NCBI GenBank assembly: GCA_937625935.1
Contig: OW569346.1
Coordinates: 558,001 to 622,000 of the forward strand
Direction of reading: 5' to 3'
Length of the DNA: 64,000 nt
Source: Tetramitus jugosus
Lineage: Eukaryota; Protista; Heterolobosea
In this document: one piece after another, positions 32,149-43,105 of the stretch
How positions within the stretch are numbered: position 1 is the stretch's first letter
Layout of the letters: every line of letters begins with the position of its first letter
The notes under the pieces: model-generated
Seen by the model: the letters and a program-made list of their open reading frames with translations, nothing else
What the model was told of the DNA's origin: nothing
Database searches by the model: none
Made by a program: the position numbers and the translations under genes

Positions 32149-34131
32149 TTATTTTCTCTTTGCTGCACACATTCTCGTCTCATTCAACAAAACTTTTCTA
32201 ATTTCTTCGTCAACGTCATGTAATGGTGTTTTGGCTTGAGTATCTTCAATGGACACATCGGCACCATTCTTTACAAGCTCCTTGGAAACATCCAACAGAT
32301 CACTCTTCTTGCCTGGACTGGACAAGGCCTTGTGCAGTGCAGTCTCACCGTTCACGTCCTGCCAATTGACATAGGGTAGAAAATCAGGTGTGGATGAAAG
32401 ACCAACCTCCTGCTTATTGGCCACATCGACCAAATAGTGCACGACATCCTTGTTCAGATTCGCAGATGCAAAGTGCAGTGGTGTTTGGTCCTGTTCAGTC
32501 AAGATCCGTATATCTGCCTTGTACGTCTCAATCAACAACTTGCACATCATCTTGTTGCCTTGTTCAGCTGCGATATGAACACAAGTCTTTCGCTGAGCAT
32601 CCGGTATGTTTACATCAGCGCCCTTCTCCAACAACAATTTGACAACATCGAGTTGACTGTGTGAGATTGCGCAATGAATAGGTGTCGTGGATGCATCATC
32701 CAATGCATTCATATCAATATATGGATGTGTTATCAGGAATTCGAGCATTTTCATGTCGCCTCTCATGGCAGCAATGTGCAATGGCGTTTTTCCGTCCTCT
32801 TCGTTCTGAACGTTCGGATCTGCACCCTTCAACAACAGCATCACAGCCTCGGCGTAATCACCGGCGTCCACTGCTAAAAACAAGTTGATTTCAAGTGAAT
32901 GATCCTGATCTTCCTCATCATCACCAATGTCATTCTCTCCTACGTCAACAACAGAGTCATCCGGCTCTCCGTTCTCATTTAATTTTCTTTGTTTGCCCTC
33001 TGGGAAGATGACTTGATTCCGAGCCACGGTGATAAATTCAAGTGATGTATCAGGATTCTTCAAGCACTGGCACAAACCTTGGACAGCATCATTCTGGAGT
33101 GCATTGTCGTTCACTCGTATGGATTTGAGATGAGTGTTGGACGACAGCATCTCAATCAACGCTTCTGCACCCAAATCACCAATCATATTGCCATCGAGAT
33201 TCAACTCTTCCAGTGTCTTGTTGTTGGTCAAATTGTTTGACAAAACTTCTAATCCGTCATCCGATATCGAATTGTGCGACAAGTCGAGATACTTGATCTT
33301 GCATGATGGCTTGAGGAACAATCGACTCAACTCTGCTACACCAGCACTTGTCATCTCATTGCCAGACAGGGACAGACTGGTGAGTGACACTGCAGACTCC
33401 AATCCAGTGTACAAATTGGTCACTGCTTGCTCCGTGAGTCTCACACTGGACAAATCAATAATCTTGACCAATGGATTGTTCTGGAGACTGTGAGCCAAGT
33501 GATAAAACTCTTCTTCGGTGAATGTGGCATTCTTGGTGAGCAGTTTACTGACTTTCCACGTGTCACTCGAAATATCAAAAGTGAATTTTGCGAGTGCTTT
33601 GGTCACCTTTTCAATATTCGCCTCCTGTTCCTTAAATTTCTTGGAGTCGTTCTTGAGTGCGACACCTCTCCGCAACACACAATCAAAAATCTCGTACCAC
33701 TGATCTCTCATCTCCTGTGAGCTGCACTCCAAGTCCAGCGTTCTCTCACTTCCTATCAAACTAAAGCAATGCTCTGGTTTTAGATTCTTGCTGTTTCTCT
33801 TGAAGAGTTTGGTGTCGCAACCCTTTTGAACCGTATCAAAATTCTGCACAATCAAATTCTCTCGTCTCTTTTTTGACAGGAGACCTGATCCACTGCTGCT
33901 GCTACTGCTGCTACTGCTACTGCCGCCACTGTTGTTGTTGTTACTGCTGCTACTGCCACTGCTGCCATCACCTGATGCCTCCCTCCATGATATACTGTCG
34001 AGGTCCTTTCCAAGCATCACATATCTGTCGTGTGGCTTACCTCTGCGGCCATGTTTTCTGAAAACGGCTCCTTTTCTTGCTTCCTTGAACAATGCTTCCT
34101 CTTGCTTCTTTTTCACTAATTGATGATACAT
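32149..34131 (-). CDS. PH domain + RI-like LRR + ankyrin repeat protein
   Basis: PLC-type PH domain (FRKHGRRGKPHDR..CFSLIGSERTLDLEC..RDQW); LRRs (LDLSHNSISDDG, LNLDGNMIGDLGA); ankyrin repeats (GKTPLHIAA, GETALHKA). Confidence 0.9.
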   Translation of the reverse strand: MYHQLVKKKQEEALFKEARKGAVFRKHGRRGKPHDRYVMLGKDLDSISWREASGDGSSGSSSSNNNNSGGSSSSSSSSSSGSGLLSKKRRENLIVQNFDTVQKGCDTKLFKRNSKNLKPEHCFSLIGSERTLDLECSSQEMRDQWYEIFDCVLRRGVALKNDSKKFKEQEANIEKVTKALAKFTFDISSDTWKVSKLLTKNATFTEEEFYHLAHSLQNNPLVKIIDLSSVRLTEQAVTNLYTGLESAVSLTSLSLSGNEMTSAGVAELSRLFLKPSCKIKYLDLSHNSISDDGLEVLSNNLTNNKTLEELNLDGNMIGDLGAEALIEMLSSNTHLKSIRVNDNALQNDAVQGLCQCLKNPDTSLEFITVARNQVIFPEGKQRKLNENGEPDDSVVDVGENDIGDDEEDQDHSLEINLFLAVDAGDYAEAVMLLLKGADPNVQNEEDGKTPLHIAAMRGDMKMLEFLITHPYIDMNALDDASTTPIHCAISHSQLDVVKLLLEKGADVNIPDAQRKTCVHIAAEQGNKMMCKLLIETYKADIRILTEQDQTPLHFASANLNKDVVHYLVDVANKQEVGLSSTPDFLPYVNWQDVNGETALHKALSSPGKKSDLLDVSKELVKNGADVSIEDTQAKTPLHDVDEEIRKVLLNETRMCAAKRK

Positions 34132-34671
34132 GATGGTGTCTTAATTTTTTTGAAACCCTTTATCGCAACAACACTCTTTTTGTTGTTGTTGGTGTTGGTG
34201 GTGTGTGTTGGTTATCCGAAAAGATGGATATTTTTGTTGTTTGTTTATTTGTTGTTTGGTTGTTCGTTTGTTTGAGAGATTTCAGATGTCCTTCGAAATA
34301 AAGAAAAAAGGGTGGTGTGAATGAGAGTGTGTGTGAGGACAGTGATTTGTTTGTGGTTTGGTTGGAGTCTTTGGCGAGCGAGGAAACTCTGTGAAGGGGT
34401 GTGAGCTTTGGTCGTGATGTTGGTGTGCCAGCGAGTGTGCTTATGTGTTCCCACCACAAATATGTGAAATTTGACATTGGTGGGACGCAATGCGAATCTA
34501 ACAAATGTAACACCGCCGTCACGATGCGCGACATGTGACAAGCGTCATATCGGAGTAATGATTACCTCGGACTGGAAATGTTTTTTTGGCGCTACTTCAA
34601 TCGGACAAGGACCAATAAGCACAAGCTATCGCTCAATGTCTTATAGCTCAAGATCCCTGTGGTGATTGCCC

Positions 34672-37600
34672 ATGTCAAGTCCCTTCCAACCCCAGATTTC
34701 TTCTTCGTCTCTTATCAAGAACAAACAACGAACGCAGCAGTTGATATCGGCACCAAGCAAGGCCCTGTTGACAAGGAGAAGCGGCACCTCTTCGAACTTG
34801 TTGGAAGCTTCCCCCCATTCCCCCTCGATAGATGTTTCGAGTAGTTTTACGAGATCGTCATCAAAGAGCTCTATCGAAGGGATTTCGCATGTTCTTCCCT
34901 TTCATCACTCTTACGCTTATACGATAGGACCAAGAGCTACACCAGTGTCGTCAGTTCCAGAAAACCTGAGATCCTATCACTTTACATCCAGACTCACAGG
35001 CGGAACAGAGTACCTTAACTATGGAGCTTCAGAAGCATGTACAAAGGTAGATCAATACCTAAGTGAGGAATTAGCTCCGAGATTTGAGAGTGTTCGCAGT
35101 CAGCATCTCCTGGAGAATCGTCCTTTGGATCAGACAACGTTGTTAGCCAGTATGATCGAGAAGGTTTTCGATACAGAATCAGAGCGTGTGAGAGCCATTT
35201 TCAAATGGATTTGCATTCACATCAAGTATGACGAACGATTGCTCAACCCAATTGAGAATATTCAACTTCACAGTTTGCATCAAACAAAGTCATTTCATGA
35301 AGTACATGATCCTGATGAAGTTATGGAAAAGAGAGTCAGTACTTCAGAGGGATACGCCAATCTATTTGTTGTACTGTGTAAGAAACTCGACATTCAAGCA
35401 GTTTCGATCAAAGGGTTTGCAAAAGGTTTTTCTTCCGGTCTGGGGGATAAACTGGATGAATGTAACCACGTTTGGAATTCTGTTCAATTGAATGGAATGT
35501 GGTATTTATTGGATATATGTGTATGTGAGCTTACTTTGTGTGATGCATTGAAATGTGTTTCGTTAACTGAGATTTAGTGGTGTCGAGGGTACGTTGAATT
35601 TGGGCGTTTCAAGGAGTCATTTACAAATGCTTACTTTATGACAAATCCGAAAACATTTGCTATGGAGCATTATCCTATCAATGATAGATGGATGCTGTTC
35701 GATCCTAAGTTTTCAAAGGATGTTTTCGAGAGAGCTGCCAAGATATCAGCTTATGCCGTTTCACTTGGGGCATGTCCTGTCATGAAAGAACATGTCAAAG
35801 GAATCATAAGCACTGATAAATCGTTTCTTATCATGCCATTCTATACTGAGACACCAGTTCAGGTTCATGTCAAAGTAACACCTCTAATAAGAAGTGACAA
35901 GTATGACAAGAAAAATTATGTGTTTGGCAGCAGATTTCACCACGTTCAACACTTCTTGAATGGCGGGTTCCGATTAATTTTGTTATTTCCTTATGCAGGA
36001 ACATATAACGTACTAATTTTTGCCACAGAAAGACGAGAATCAGCAGATTCCACTGACCAAATGGCAATTGAAGATGACATTGATTCAACGAGCAAAGCGA
36101 GGAGCAAAACATTTCGTATGATATTTGAGTATTTAGTTGAAGCAGGTGAGGGATTGCTACACGATGTAGGATTCGTTGATCAAACCCATATTCTATCAAG
36201 CAAAGGAGGAAGAATCGAAGCGCCCATACAAGAATATCTTATTCGCTCCAGTGCGTATCACTTTAGGATTCGTGTTTCAGGCTATGTTATGGTGATGGTA
36301 AAGATTGGAGAGAAAGTTGGTACATATTTGTCCAGTAAATCTGACGACCCAGATCTGTTTCAAGGCGATGTTGTGATAGAGCCTGATTTGAAGGAGTTTC
36401 ATGAGGGAATGTATATTTCAGTCAATGGTTTCGATGAGATGGAAGGAAAATGGGTCACCTTGGCATTGTATATGGTATATAGCATCCTTCCTGAGTTGGA
36501 TCAAGTTAAACTTCCTTTCATCGACTTATCATTACTCCTAAATAAGAGAAAGGTAGAGGTACCTCGAGAGGAGATGACTTTGCAGATGAAACAAAATTTT
36601 TCTAACGAAGAACTATTTCAAATTTTTAGTCCTGTAGTTAAGAACGAGAATATTCACATTGTACCTCTCTCACATCAACATATTCTCATATCCAGTGGTA
36701 GTGGTAGTTACACGATAGCGATTGAGTGTAAGAACAGAAATGTAAAATTCAAGCCTCTGCCACTTGAACAGTATGGATGCTGTCTCGAGCATCAAACAAC
36801 ATGGATGGTGTGTCCAAGAGCTAGTATTTATTATTTTCGAGTTGAGTGCCCAGTTCCTGGGGTGTATGTATTTAAGGTTCGCGCAACAGTGAAGGACCCG
36901 AATCAAGATGAGACAACGGTGATAGCACTGAGATACATTATTGACTGTTCATCCTGGAGTCTGAAGACAATAGAAAGCTCAGATATATCAAGAACAAAGC
37001 GCTTGAGATTGTTAACTTGCTATCCAAAAACTTACCCTTCCTTCTTTACACTCGGTTGCGTTCTTCTATCACCCACTCAAGTAATCATCACCCAAAGAAG
37101 CTACCGTTTCCTTATTTATGTTCCCAATGTTGAAAATGTAGGTGTGGTATGCAATGGAATCTGGAACCCGATGAAGAGACTTCATTCAGAGGACTCTAAT
37201 ACCCTCGATCTCAACCACACATTCGAATCTGAAATAATGATACCATCAGGTTTTCAGACTTCATTTGAATGCGCTCCATCTGTGTACATTTGCACAGGTG
37301 ATCTTCCTCGAACAAAAGCTTTGAATGTACATATCCTATGTAGATTCAAGGTTTATAGATCTGGGAATGAATCAACCAGAAGCAATGTTCTCTCTGATTA
37401 CGATGAGAAAACAGTTGTAGATCCTTCACCCGAAATGTTGAAGCATATCCGGATTGTCAGCCACAAGAGAAAGATGATCATAGTGGATGATTCGAGTCAT
37501 TCATCAAAACGCGAGATGTGTATCCAGTTTAGACGAATCAAATTTGACAACAAATACCTCTACAAAGACCGATATCAAATGGATTCTGTAAAATATAATC

Positions 37601-38739
37601 CTTTCCTAGAGGGAGAAAGAGATAGCATAATCAACTCTCTACCAGAGCAGTTTAGAGATGCTTTGACTAGTAATCATAGTAGTACATGGTCTGATGGGTA
37701 TTCAGTGGACTCTTTCACGGTTTTCATGAAAGCCAGGTTGTTTGATGCGGTGGAGGAAGTCCAGGGAGCCGTATTGGTAGAGCAGGATAACACCAATCTA
37801 TTCGACGAACAAACGTACAACTTAGATAAGGGTGGTAACACAGCTGGATACTATCAAATTCGAGTACTTCTCCCCAAGCCAGGGCGATACTACCTCAAGA
37901 TTAGTTTAGTTATCATCGATCAATACTTGGAATCAAGGGAAGAACATGACGGAGTTTCATACTGGATCCACTTTAATGAAGGTAATGTCGAGAAGGAGGA
38001 AGACCTGACAGTATCTCCAGAAACGGAACACGATAGAGATATGGTTCTTGCCTCGTTCATGTTTGGAAAAGATCGCTTTGAGAAAGCTGAAAAGTACTTT
38101 CGAATGCAAAAAGATTTGCATGGGAATAATGGTATTGATGGAAGTTCCGTGTTCATTCCCTTTCGAAAGCAGCACGTTCTCCAGTCCATGTATCGTTCCT
38201 TTGTCAATCGAAATCGTCCATCGGACTGTGGCTTCGTTTTTGTATCACCAGAGAATTGTGAGTGGTTTCGACCAATGATCTATGAACCGTGTATGCGTAC
38301 GTTGGTTATTGGCTGCTCCTATCGAGTTAAAATCAAGGTACATAACACAGACAGTGTTTCTATGTGTTGTGCAGTTCGACAAAGTGCAAAGCGAATGGTG
38401 AGAGGAATGAGCAGAACAAACATTCAACTTCCTGAAAAGCTTGAAAAGTTCACTTTCTCATGGGAAAAAAACGAGAGGGCAGCAATGAACCAGGTTGACT
38501 ACGAGGAGTGGCAACAACTGGACAATAGTTCGGTTGAATGGGAAGAAGACAACAGTGTTTTGGAGAACAAGAACACACCATTCTATCCCATACATGGTGA
38601 CAATATCTGGGAAGGTGTTGTTTCCTTCTCAAAGGGAAGTGAAGTACATGTGATGGCACGGTATGCGCCAGACCATTATGTCTCCGTGGCCACATGGTCT
38701 CTCAAGCATGCATCCGTAATCAACGACAAAGAGACTTAG
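34672..38739 (+). CDS. Transglutaminase-like (KY/Cyk3-type) domain protein, 2 exons
   Basis: Exons 34672-35520 and 35578-38739 (57-nt intron GTATGT..TAG). RAIFKWICIHIKYD, SEGYANLF, HVWNSV..NGMWYLLDICW, followed by Ig-like repeats. Confidence 0.85.
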
Positions 38740-38810
38740 ACTTTTGCTTTTGACCACTTGTGGAGTGTTCTCTTAAGTAAACAGCAACAACACAAACATC
38801 GTCCAGCCGG

Positions 38811-39932
38811 ATGAGCTCACAAGAAAAAAACAAACTGGCCATGACTCACAAGAGAAGCTGCATCAACGAGAGACCTCCAGATGAAGAAAAACAAGCAAAA
38901 AGACCAAAAGAGACTGTCAGCAATTTTCTCTGCAATGACTGCCTCGTTCATCTATTGTCATATTGTACGGCGTGCGAGTTGGCCTTTGTGCTTCCTCGAG
39001 TCTGCCAATCCTGGAGTCAGTTGATTCAAAAGAATGACGTCCAATTGTGGAAACCATTGTGTTTTTATCATTGGCCCATCTTGTCCATTACTCAATGGAA
39101 AGAAGCTCCTGCTGATCCTTCGAGTTGGCGTCAGTTTTTCAAGGATCACACTGTTTTGCTGTCTCCAAGCTATCAGAGTGATTTCATTGAGTCTTTGCCT
39201 TCAATGGCCAAGAAGGCTGGAGAATTAAAGATGAAGGATGGTTCTTTTTTCAAGGAGTTGGCTAGACAATCGCTCCAAGTGGAAGAGATTGTTCAGCGCG
39301 AGATCAACTGCGTCACCAGACACAATGACAAGAGAAACACGTATAATCTCATCTTATTGGGTGAAGAAAAGGATGAAACAAAGCAGCAGAAGTTGGAAGA
39401 ATTGTTTCTATCGTGGTTCGGTTCCAGAGAGGTCCATGAGCAGGAGGCAAACACTGACGACGAGGAGCAGGAATACAAGGACTCGATCGACCTGAGGATG
39501 CTTGGTCCGTCTGGTCTATGCATTCAAATTTCCTGGCATTTCTTCGTTGAAGGATGGTTGGGACGTGAGAGACACGACAGAGTCATCCGTACGGTCATGA
39601 CCGCAAAGGAGTCTTGCGACGTCATTCTCCTAGCAAAGGCCGAACAAGAACAAGGATCACAGTCAGCTGATGAGGAAGAAGAGTGCCTGAGACTTGTGGC
39701 AAGGAACAGGAACGCTAGACACAAAACTGAAAATCACCAAACAGATACAACCTTCCTATCCAATATGGAGAAGATACATCGACACCTTGGGCTTCAATCC
39801 TTGTCCCTTGTGAATTTGTGGAACATTTTGGTTGATGTTGCGGGACAAGTCAATGAGCACTTTGATGGCTGCAAGAGTGACATTAGGACAAGAGGAGTCG
39901 AAGCTCTGATGGCAGCAGCAACAACAAACTAG
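38811..39932 (+). CDS. F-box protein
   Basis: LCNDCLVHLLSYC..LPRVCQSWSQLI..LWKPLC, followed by SWRQFF. Confidence 0.8.
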   Translation: MSSQEKNKLAMTHKRSCINERPPDEEKQAKRPKETVSNFLCNDCLVHLLSYCTACELAFVLPRVCQSWSQLIQKNDVQLWKPLCFYHWPILSITQWKEAPADPSSWRQFFKDHTVLLSPSYQSDFIESLPSMAKKAGELKMKDGSFFKELARQSLQVEEIVQREINCVTRHNDKRNTYNLILLGEEKDETKQQKLEELFLSWFGSREVHEQEANTDDEEQEYKDSIDLRMLGPSGLCIQISWHFFVEGWLGRERHDRVIRTVMTAKESCDVILLAKAEQEQGSQSADEEEECLRLVARNRNARHKTENHQTDTTFLSNMEKIHRHLGLQSLSLVNLWNILVDVAGQVNEHFDGCKSDIRTRGVEALMAAATTN

Positions 39933-40325
39933 ACACGTGCATCTTGGAACTGCTCCAATTGCACACAAGTGTTGCTTCCGTTGTACTGAACAAGAATGAA
40001 GAAGCATGAAACAAAAAAAAAAGTGGAGTACGGTGTGGATTGTTTCGTCGAACCATGTTTACAAAAGCCAGTCAACTCCATTCTATAACACCATGTTCAA
40101 AATGTTTCACATCAAACAATGAGGTTGTGTGTGTCTGTGTTGGTTGTTGTCCCTCCTTCGGAGTCGCGTCCTTCTTCTTCAATATAATCATATACAGAAC
40201 ATACAACAGGCATGTCGACAAAGAGCTAGTTTTGCGCCCTCTTGTCAATATTCATCTCTCTGTTGTTTGTTGCTCTACCTTTCTACTATTTACTATAGTA
40301 TGAATGCGGGTGAAAAATAGAGAGT

Positions 40326-40838
40326 TTAATGATGCAAGTACTCTCCAACCTTGTACTTGTGAGAATCTGCGCTACCTTGACGCTCAACACGAGTAATCTT
40401 GTGAGATTCATCAATATAAAGAATAGATGGATTGTATCCCTCCTTGTTGATCTGCAAACCAGCACTTGCAACAAAGGCGTCCTTCTCAGCAGCCTCCTTC
40501 ATGTTTTTAAAGTCAAGATTTGGGCAAGTGTTGATTGCCAATTGTTGATATCTCTTGCAAATTCTTGCGTTTGGATCTTCTTCGTCCATCTCTTCAGAGT
40601 GCTCTTCCAAACACTTCCTCCAGACAGAGAAGTTGAGGTAACACTTCTTGATTCTGTCAGAGTTGTTTCTTGGGAAACGTGGATCGTAGGCGTGCTTTCT
40701 GCTGCCCAAGAAAGAGTAGTGACCATACAATTGGGTCATATCTGGCAAAGCAGGCATGTTTTGTTGCTCTTCTTCTTTGAAGGCAACATCAGTTCGGAAA
40801 GGATTCATAGCATAGAAAGCATTGTAGAGGAACGCCAT
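40326..40838 (-). CDS. COX6B: Cytochrome c oxidase subunit 6b (Cox12)-like
   Basis: YDPRFP..CYLNFSVWRKC..CKRYQQLAINTCP (Cx9C/Cx10C pattern); CAA leader before the ATG. Confidence 0.8.
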   Translation of the reverse strand: MAFLYNAFYAMNPFRTDVAFKEEEQQNMPALPDMTQLYGHYSFLGSRKHAYDPRFPRNNSDRIKKCYLNFSVWRKCLEEHSEEMDEEDPNARICKRYQQLAINTCPNLDFKNMKEAAEKDAFVASAGLQINKEGYNPSILYIDESHKITRVERQGSADSHKYKVGEYLHH

Positions 40839-41331
40839 TTTTGTTGTTGTTGTTGTTGATGTTTTAAACTGCGAGTTTCGTTTTTTTTTGCTGTGTGCGT
40901 TGAAGAAGCTGGAAGGGATGATTTTGCGCTGCGTTGGTGGTGATTGCGAAAAGAAGCAGCAACCCCGATTACCTTCCGCTCGTGGATGTTGTAAAATTTC
41001 TCCTGTTTTTCAGCCAACTTTCTAATCCCCGATTCAATGGACAGCGTGAAGATGTTGGTTTGGTCATAAGGATGTCTCTTTTGGGTTAGTGCGACATACA
41101 ACCACTGCACAGCACTTGATCTTTCTTTCAATCGTTAGTCTGGTAATACTCACAAGATTGATAACATCAAGATGGTTCTTTGATGGTCAAGGCAAGTCCT
41201 CGTTCGATTCCCGCCAGCGTGATCATGAAAAACCGTTGGTCGTTTCGCAGAAAATCAATCCCGACAACTACGAACAAAGACAACAACTCCCAATATCCAT
41301 AGTGCACTTTGGATAATAGCTACACAAAAGC

Positions 41332-43069
41332 ATGGTATGGTGTTTTGTGTCATGACCTTATTTGATGATCGTTTACACCTCGAAATACCTGACCTTTATT
41401 CTTCCAGAGTACGAACAGCCGAACAAGCACATCCTCTGCCAAGAGAGCAGGTAGCAGTTCCTACCGCAAAGTGGCCAGTAATTCCCAAGTGGACGAGACT
41501 TTGTTTTCTTCTAGAGGAAGCCGGGCTGATTCAGCTGGGCAGAAACACATATCAAAGAAAGAGTTTGGAAATATGAAGAGAAACCCGGAAGTAGCAGTGA
41601 TATCGGTTTCACACTTTAAGAATATTAAGGTAAGAGTTATTGTTGAGACCTGTGGTACTCTTCATAAATCTATGCGTCAAGACAAAATTTCTTTAACACC
41701 TTTTATCATTTAGGAAAGGGCAACAGATAAGGAAACCATTGACGCAACCAAACAAAGAGAATTGTTCGAGAAGACAAAACTTTTAGAGGCTGCTAAGGAG
41801 AGGAAAAACCGAATTATGGAAATCGATAGGGATAAGCAGAGAAGAGGAGAGACGAAGAAGTCTGATTTGGAGTTGGAGAGAGAGCAATTAGATCAAAATT
41901 TACTTGAAACAGCTGTTACAGTGCTGGATGAACGACTGGACGAGGTAAAACACATGAATTCTCTGGCTCTATACTCGAAATGCGTAACTATTCGAGATAA
42001 ACAAATAGAAGAAAAGAAATATTTAGACAAACAGAGGAAGGAAGAGGAAGAACGATTGGACGAAATCATGGAGGTTGAGAGAATAAAGGCACTCAAAATG
42101 TATGAAGAGCGGGAGAGTAAGCGTGTGGAGGATAGGAGAAAGGGTGCTATGGTTATTGTTGAACAAATGCAAGATAGAGAGAGAGAAAGACTTCGACAGT
42201 TAGAGTTAAAGGAGCAGGAGCAGCGAGCCATGTTGGGTCACATCGACCGCATGAAGAAGGATGATATCAAAGAGACGCTGGAGAAAAAGGAAGCAACTAG
42301 AAGGTTGATGGAAGAGGTTGCCATTGCCAATGCCGAGCAAATTAAACTCAAACGCATGCAAAAGAGAGCCGAGAAGGAGGAAGACATACAAATTTCAGAG
42401 TACCTAATGGAGAAGGAGAGAAGAGAACAGGAATATCAAGACGAATTGCTCCGGATCAAAGCCGAGAAGGAGCGAGAAGTTGCCAGATTGCGTGCACTTC
42501 AGGAGAAAGCACAGGACAAGAGATCAGAGATCGATTCTCTGAGAGCAAAGAGAGCCCAGGAACAGTATGAAAGAGAATGGAGGAAGAAAGTAAAGGAGGA
42601 AGCTGAGAGAAAACGAAGGATGAATCAGGAGTTGGAGCAAGCGAGAAGGGAGCAACAGAGAGAGAAGGAACTGACAATGATGGAGCAGGTGAGAGAGGAA
42701 CGGGAGGCCTTTGAGCGAATTATAGATCATCAGAAGAGAGAGCAAGAGATAGAAAGGATGAAAGCTGAAGAAGAGAAGAGAAGAAGAAGAGACAATGCAG
42801 CAGAGTTACGTGCCCAGATCCACAATGGTGAAGAGGAACAGGAGCGACAAAGGCGAGAGTTTCTCGAAGAAGGTGCTCGATTGAAGAAGAGGAGAGAGCT
42901 CGAGGCAAAGAAGTTGGAGTTGATTCGACAGAAGAAGCTGATGGAACTTGATAACATCGGAATACCTCCAGTGTACAGAGTTGATCTTGCTCGGAAAGAT
43001 TTCAGCAAAGAACACCTTCGTCCAGCGGACGCAAGAGAGCTGAAGGGTGCATCTGCCTCAAAAAAGTAA
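41332..43069 (+). CDS. CFAP45: Cilia- and flagella-associated protein 45, 3 exons
   Basis: ATG 41332-41334, introns 41335-41407 (GTATGG..CAG) and 41630-41713 (GTAAGA..TAG). YRKVASNSQVDETLF, DEVKHMNSLALYSKCVTIRDKQIEEK, DSLRAKRAQEQYEREWR. Confidence 0.88.
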
Positions 43070-43105
43070 TCAAATTGCGAGTTGTACAATAGTTAGCTTT
43101 ACTAG

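Noticed and set aside
40329-40859. 176-aa + strand ORF, and the many other antisense ORFs in the track
   Set aside because: Antisense or alternative-frame shadows of real genes and low-complexity sequence.
41195-41222. tRNA-like GTTCGATTCCCG
   Set aside because: The T-stem does not pair and no cloverleaf forms.
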